Positions 60,297 through 64,000 of a stretch of DNA of 64,000 nucleotides are shown in pieces (position 1 is the first letter of the stretch; every line of letters begins with the position of its first letter). The translations under genes were made by a program, and so were the position numbers. The stretch comes from Acidimicrobiia bacterium. GTDB lineage: Bacteria > Actinomycetota > Acidimicrobiia > Spongiisociales > ZC4RG35. The notes under the pieces were generated by a model that worked only from the letters and a program-made list of their open reading frames with translations, was not told where the DNA came from and did not search any database. The DNA lies in contig JBOGET010000120.1 in assembly GCA_050741975.1 (NCBI GenBank), positions 17,156-81,155 of the forward strand. The letters are read 5' to 3'.

Positions 60297-60575
60297 ATGG
60301 TCTTGCTTACCACCATCACCACAGATTGGCGGGATCTGGCAGCCTGCCGGGACTCCGAGCCGACTCTGTTCTTCCCGGTCGGGACCACCGGTCCGGCGAT
60401 CGAGCAGATCGAGGCCGCCGTCGCCATCTGCTCGACCTGCCCGGTCCAGGAGTCGTGTCTCCAATATGCCCTGGAGACGAATCAGGAGTCCGGGGTCTGG
60501 GGCGGTTACGCCGAGGACGATCGTCGTCGTCTCCGCAAGCGCTGGCTCGCCGAGCGCCGCCGGCGGGCGGTCTGA
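60297..60575 (+). CDS. whiB: WhiB-family (WhiB1-like) [4Fe-4S] transcription factor
   Basis: Four Cys (C..C..C..C), ...DWRDLAACRDSEPTLFFPVG...GVWGG...RRR basic tail. Confidence 0.85.
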   Translation: MVLLTTITTDWRDLAACRDSEPTLFFPVGTTGPAIEQIEAAVAICSTCPVQESCLQYALETNQESGVWGGYAEDDRRRLRKRWLAERRRRAV

Positions 60576-60672
60576 CCGCGGATAGCCGCGCTGACCGACG
60601 CGTCGGTGGACGTAGTCCCCGATGCGAGAGGCTCTTACGTCACGGAGCCAACCGGACAAAGTCGGCCGGCAA

Positions 60673-60900
60673 TCAAACAGCCGGGGCGAAGCCGACCGAG
60701 GGACCGCTGTCCGCGGCTTCTATCTCGACGAAGGCGACGGAGCGGGTGGGGATGCCCACGGTGCGTCCCTTGGTGTCGGTGAACCAAGCGAGGCCACCAT
60801 CGGTCACTCCACGCTCCATCTCCTTCTGAAAAGTCTTGACGTCGTCGATGTCGACCTCGACGACCTTGTTGGTATCGGCGATTCCGATACGGACTTTCAT
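60673..60900 (-). CDS. DUF3107-family small protein
   Basis: MKVRIGIADTNKVVEVDIDDVKTFQKEME.... An actinobacterial family commonly next to whiB. Confidence 0.6.
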   Translation of the reverse strand: MKVRIGIADTNKVVEVDIDDVKTFQKEMERGVTDGGLAWFTDTKGRTVGIPTRSVAFVEIEAADSGPSVGFAPAV

Positions 60901-60972
60901 TCCGGCTCCTGATCGGCTTCCCGGCACTGTAACCCCCTTCCCCTCGCTCCCCTCTTGTCGTATTGATGGGGC

Positions 60973-61311
60973 ATGGCGTGGGGAAGACGACTCGGACTCG
61001 CCACAGCGGTGTGTCTGATCGGCTCGATGGCCGTGGCCGAGCCGGCGGGGCCCAACGTCTTCGTGCCGGTGTCGATCGGTGAGGGTGCCGCCCCGGGTGA
61101 CTCTGTCGTGGTGAAGCCCGGAGACCATTTGTGGAAGATCAGCGATGCCCGCCTCGATCAGGCCCTGGGACGCCCGGCGGGGCCTGAGGAAGTGGCTCCC
61201 TATTGGCGCTCGGTCATCGAGGTCAACCGGGAACGTCTCCTTTCCGGCGACCCCGACCTCATCTACCCGGGCGAGGTGATCTCGCTCCCGCCATCGGATA
61301 ACGGCGGCTGA
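60973..61311 (+). CDS. Secreted LysM-domain protein
   Basis: Signal peptide; VKPGDHLWKISD...YPGEVISLP is LysM. Confidence 0.7.
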   Translation: MAWGRRLGLATAVCLIGSMAVAEPAGPNVFVPVSIGEGAAPGDSVVVKPGDHLWKISDARLDQALGRPAGPEEVAPYWRSVIEVNRERLLSGDPDLIYPGEVISLPPSDNGG

Positions 61312-61336
61312 ACCCGCTGGAAGGACCGAACCCAGG

Positions 61337-62674
61337 CTAACGGTCGGCCACGAAGCGGGCGATGGTGCCCTCCTCGTGGGTGCCCAGGTACAGCTCGCCG
61401 GCATCGTCCAGGCCGAAGGTGTTGATGAACCCGAGCTGGCCCAGGTCGGCCGACCAGTCCCGCTCCTCGGTGACCTGGCCTCCGACGTACTTGAACGACC
61501 GGATCCACTCGGAGCACCAATCGCTGTAGAAGTAGGTGCCGGCGAGCTCGGGAATCGCGCTGCCCCGATAGACGTAGCCGCCGGTCACGGAGCACCCTTC
61601 TTCGTGGGTGTAGGTGAGCACGGGCGAGGTGTAGTTGGCGAGATCGCAGTCCTGGACGTGAAAGCATCGCGTCCCCTCGACGTCCGACCATCCGAGGTTG
61701 AAACCACCCTCGTCGATGGGAAGGACATTTATCTCCTCCTGGTCGGCGTGACCGACGTCGGCGATGTAGATGAGCCGGTCCACCGGGTCGATTGAGAAGC
61801 GCCACGGGTTCCTCAGACCGAAGGCCCACACCTCCTCGGCCCCGCCACCGTCGACGAAGGGGTTCTCGGCCGGGACCCCGTAGGGGTCTCCGCCGTCGAC
61901 GTCGATCCTGGACACCGTGCCGAACAGGGTGTTCGGGTCCTGTCCCTGGTCTCTGGAGTCGGCGCCATCTCCCATCGACATCCACAGGTACCCGTCGGGC
62001 CCGAAGGCGAGCTGGCCGCCGTAGTGACGGATGTCGGTGGCGTCCGGCGGCTGCTCCAGCTCGATCAGCACCCGCTCGGTGTCGGGCGACGCGATGTTGG
62101 GGTCGGACACCGACACCTGGAACTCGGAGAGTTGGCGTCGTCCCCCTTGGTCGGTGTAGTAGACGTAGAAGCGGCCGTTGTTGGCGTAGTCGGGGTGGAA
62201 GGCGAGACCGAGCAGCCCCTGTTCGATCCCGTTGGCCAGGACCCTGTCCGTGAGATCGAGGAAGGTCGTGTCGAGCAGCTCACGATTGGCATCGAGGACC
62301 CGGATCACACCGAATCGCTCCACCACGAAGAGACGCTCGTCACCCGGTGGGGTGGTTATCGATGTGGGCTGCCTGAGGTCCTGGGCGACCGTCTCCAATC
62401 TCACCCCCTGCAGGGCGGGCAGATTGCCGCTGGTGCTGGTCTGTCCCCCGGGGAGGGTGGTGGAACCTCCGGGCGAGGTGGTCACCGAGCCGGACGGCGT
62501 CGAAGTGGTGGTGGACCCGGCGGCCGCAGGGGGATTCGTCCCCTGGGGGCCATCCCCTTCGCCCGAGCCGCGCAGGAAGAAGAAGGCGATGATGAAGATG
62601 GCCACGAGTGCGATGACGAGGGAGCGCAGCCGAGCCTGGGCCGTGGAGACAGGTTGGCGATGGCGCGCACTCAC
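61337..62674 (-). CDS. PQQ-dependent soluble sugar dehydrogenase (GSDH/sorbosone dehydrogenase family), membrane-anchored
   Basis: N-terminal TM, Thr/Ser-rich linker, LLGLAFHPDYANNGRFYVYYT and β-propeller repeats. Confidence 0.75.
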   Translation of the reverse strand: MSARHRQPVSTAQARLRSLVIALVAIFIIAFFFLRGSGEGDGPQGTNPPAAAGSTTTSTPSGSVTTSPGGSTTLPGGQTSTSGNLPALQGVRLETVAQDLRQPTSITTPPGDERLFVVERFGVIRVLDANRELLDTTFLDLTDRVLANGIEQGLLGLAFHPDYANNGRFYVYYTDQGGRRQLSEFQVSVSDPNIASPDTERVLIELEQPPDATDIRHYGGQLAFGPDGYLWMSMGDGADSRDQGQDPNTLFGTVSRIDVDGGDPYGVPAENPFVDGGGAEEVWAFGLRNPWRFSIDPVDRLIYIADVGHADQEEINVLPIDEGGFNLGWSDVEGTRCFHVQDCDLANYTSPVLTYTHEEGCSVTGGYVYRGSAIPELAGTYFYSDWCSEWIRSFKYVGGQVTEERDWSADLGQLGFINTFGLDDAGELYLGTHEEGTIARFVADR

Positions 62675-62716
62675 GAGGCGAGGAGTGTAGGAACCACGGC
62701 GCCGGACGTTGCCGAG

Positions 62717-63688
62717 CTAGGCGTTCTCGCCGAGGAAGATCTCCGAAACAGAGGAATCCATGAAGATCGCCTGGAGGGTCTCGGCCAGGATCGGGGCGAT
62801 CGAAAGCACATGCACCTTGTCGAGCTCTAGGACCTCAGCCGAAACCGGCAGGGTGTTGGTCACGATCACCTCCTCCACCGGTGCGTTCTTGAGCAGGTCC
62901 AGCGCAGGCTCGGAGAACACGCCGTGGGTGGCTGCGATCCGGACGCTGGCCGCCCCTTGGTCTTGCACCATCTCCGCGGCGTTGGCGACCGTGCCCGCGG
63001 TGTCGATTATGTCGTCGACGATGACGACGTGCCGGCCCGCCACCGATCCGGCCATCTCCAGGGCCTCGGAGACGTTGTGATGCATTGGGTCGCGTCTCTT
63101 GTAGACGAAGGCCACGGAGGCGTCGAGGAAGCGGGCATAGCGCTCGGCCCGCTTCACGCCGCCGGCATCGGGCGAGACCACAGTGGTCGGCCCGTCGAGC
63201 CGCTCCGACAGATACTCGGTGATGATGGGCAATGCGGTGAGAGAGTCGAACGGCTTGGTGATGAATCCCTGGAGCTGTCCGGTGTGGAGGTCGACCGAAA
63301 CCAGGCGGTCGGCGCCTGCGGTCATGAAGAGATCACCCACCAATCGGGCTGTGATCGGCTCCCGCGGCCGCACCTTCTTGTCCTGTCTCGAGTAGCCGAA
63401 GAACGGCATCACCGCGGTGATCCGGCGGGCGGACGCCCGATTGAGGGCGTCGATGGTGATCAACTGCTCCATGATGTGGTCGTTGATCGGACGGCAGTGG
63501 CTCTGGATCACGTAGCAGTCGGCGCCACGGACGCTTTCCCCGGGCCGGACATAGATCTCGCCGTTGGCGAACCGGGAGCGCTCGAGCTCACCCAGGGAGA
63601 TGCCCATCACCTCCGCCACCTCTTCGGCCAGGGGGATGTTGGCACTCCCGGTGAAGAGCATCATTCGGTTGCGGGAGACAATGTCCAA
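62717..63688 (-). CDS. prs: Ribose-phosphate pyrophosphokinase
   Basis: ...LFTGSANIPLAEEVA...VVSPDAGGVKRA...DDIIDTAGT is the PRPP-binding motif. Confidence 0.9.
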   Translation of the reverse strand: MDIVSRNRMMLFTGSANIPLAEEVAEVMGISLGELERSRFANGEIYVRPGESVRGADCYVIQSHCRPINDHIMEQLITIDALNRASARRITAVMPFFGYSRQDKKVRPREPITARLVGDLFMTAGADRLVSVDLHTGQLQGFITKPFDSLTALPIITEYLSERLDGPTTVVSPDAGGVKRAERYARFLDASVAFVYKRRDPMHHNVSEALEMAGSVAGRHVVIVDDIIDTAGTVANAAEMVQDQGAASVRIAATHGVFSEPALDLLKNAPVEEVIVTNTLPVSAEVLELDKVHVLSIAPILAETLQAIFMDSSVSEIFLGENA

Positions 63689-63689
63689 C

Positions 63690-64000
63690 TCAGTCCTCGG
63701 TTTCCTTGGCGGCCTGTCTCTCTGCTCGACGTTGAGAGTAGCCGGGGATCACCACCTGCTTGTTGCGCTCTATGGCGAGGGCTCCTTCCTCGACGTCATC
63801 GGTGATCGCCGAGCCGGCTCCCGTGACTGCGCGGTCGCCGACGGTGAGGGGGGCGACGAGCATTGTGTCCGACCCGATGAAGGCGTCCTCTCCGATCACA
63901 GTGTGGTGCTTTTCATAGCCGTCGTAGTTGCAGGTGATCGACCCGGCCCCGATGTTGGACCTGGCTCCGACGGTCGCATCGCCCAGATAGCTGAGGTGGG
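63690..64000 (-). CDS. glmU: Bifunctional GlmU C-terminal acetyltransferase domain (partial, N-terminus beyond window)
   Basis: Left-handed β-helix hexapeptide repeats (...[25 protein letters not shown]...). The classic glmU-prs adjacency. Confidence 0.7.
   Translation of the reverse strand, partial: HLSYLGDATVGARSNIGAGSITCNYDGYEKHHTVIGEDAFIGSDTMLVAPLTVGDRAVTGAGSAITDDVEEGALAIERNKQVVIPGYSQRRAERQAAKETED

Noticed and set aside
60576-60672. Short palindromes after whiB (CGCGGATAGCCGCG; ACCGACGCGTCGGT) as terminators
   Set aside because: The stems are only 5-6 bp or lack a loop, and there is no U-tract, so they cannot be distinguished from chance GC palindromes at this GC content.

Overview
High-GC (about 70%) actinobacterial-type chromosomal segment, densely coded, with no CRISPR, transposase or integrase. 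Most of the window is core housekeeping: the complete F1F0 ATP synthase operon (atpIBEFHAGDC), glyA, tsaC, prmC, prfA, rpmE, rho, thrC, metG, prs, glmU (partial), a tRNA-Arg(CCG), Ku plus an ATP-dependent ligase, WhiB1-like plus DUF3107, and Ni-SOD with its SodX peptidase. Aromatic catabolism is represented by paaABCDE plus a TetR (PaaR) and by pobA-pcaCBD; korAB is also present. The standout is a 5.4 kb, nine-gene bacterial microcompartment (BMC) operon on the minus strand at 3272..8649. It encodes 1 BMC-H, 2 BMC-T (one tandem PduT/CcmO-like, one permuted EutL/PduB-like) and 3 BMC-P shell proteins. These are interleaved with a CoA-acylating aldehyde dehydrogenase, deoxyribose-5-phosphate aldolase (DeoC) and RpiB. 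All three enzymes carry N-terminal extensions that look like encapsulation peptides. This matches the bioinformatically catalogued but experimentally uncharacterised 'sugar-phosphate-utilising' (SPU) metabolosome class. The locus is flanked by an ECF sigma / anti-sigma / acidic secreted protein cassette and by a divergent excisionase-family HTH protein. Other notable items are listed in the findings. They include a duplicated twin-FtsX ABC exporter cluster, two copies of a ~120 bp MITE-like inverted-repeat element, two Crp/GlxR-type TGTGA-N6-TCACA sites (upstream of whiB and of the atp operon), a PaaR-type operator, and a 36-bp perfect-palindrome bidirectional terminator. There is also a K+ channel gene broken by an in-frame TGA plus a +1 G-run frameshift, a SodN Ni-hook variant (HCDLFCGVY) and an in-frame SodX-AlkA read-through. 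The track accepts GTG/TTG starts. Many long Arg-rich antisense ORFs were treated as GC artefacts.
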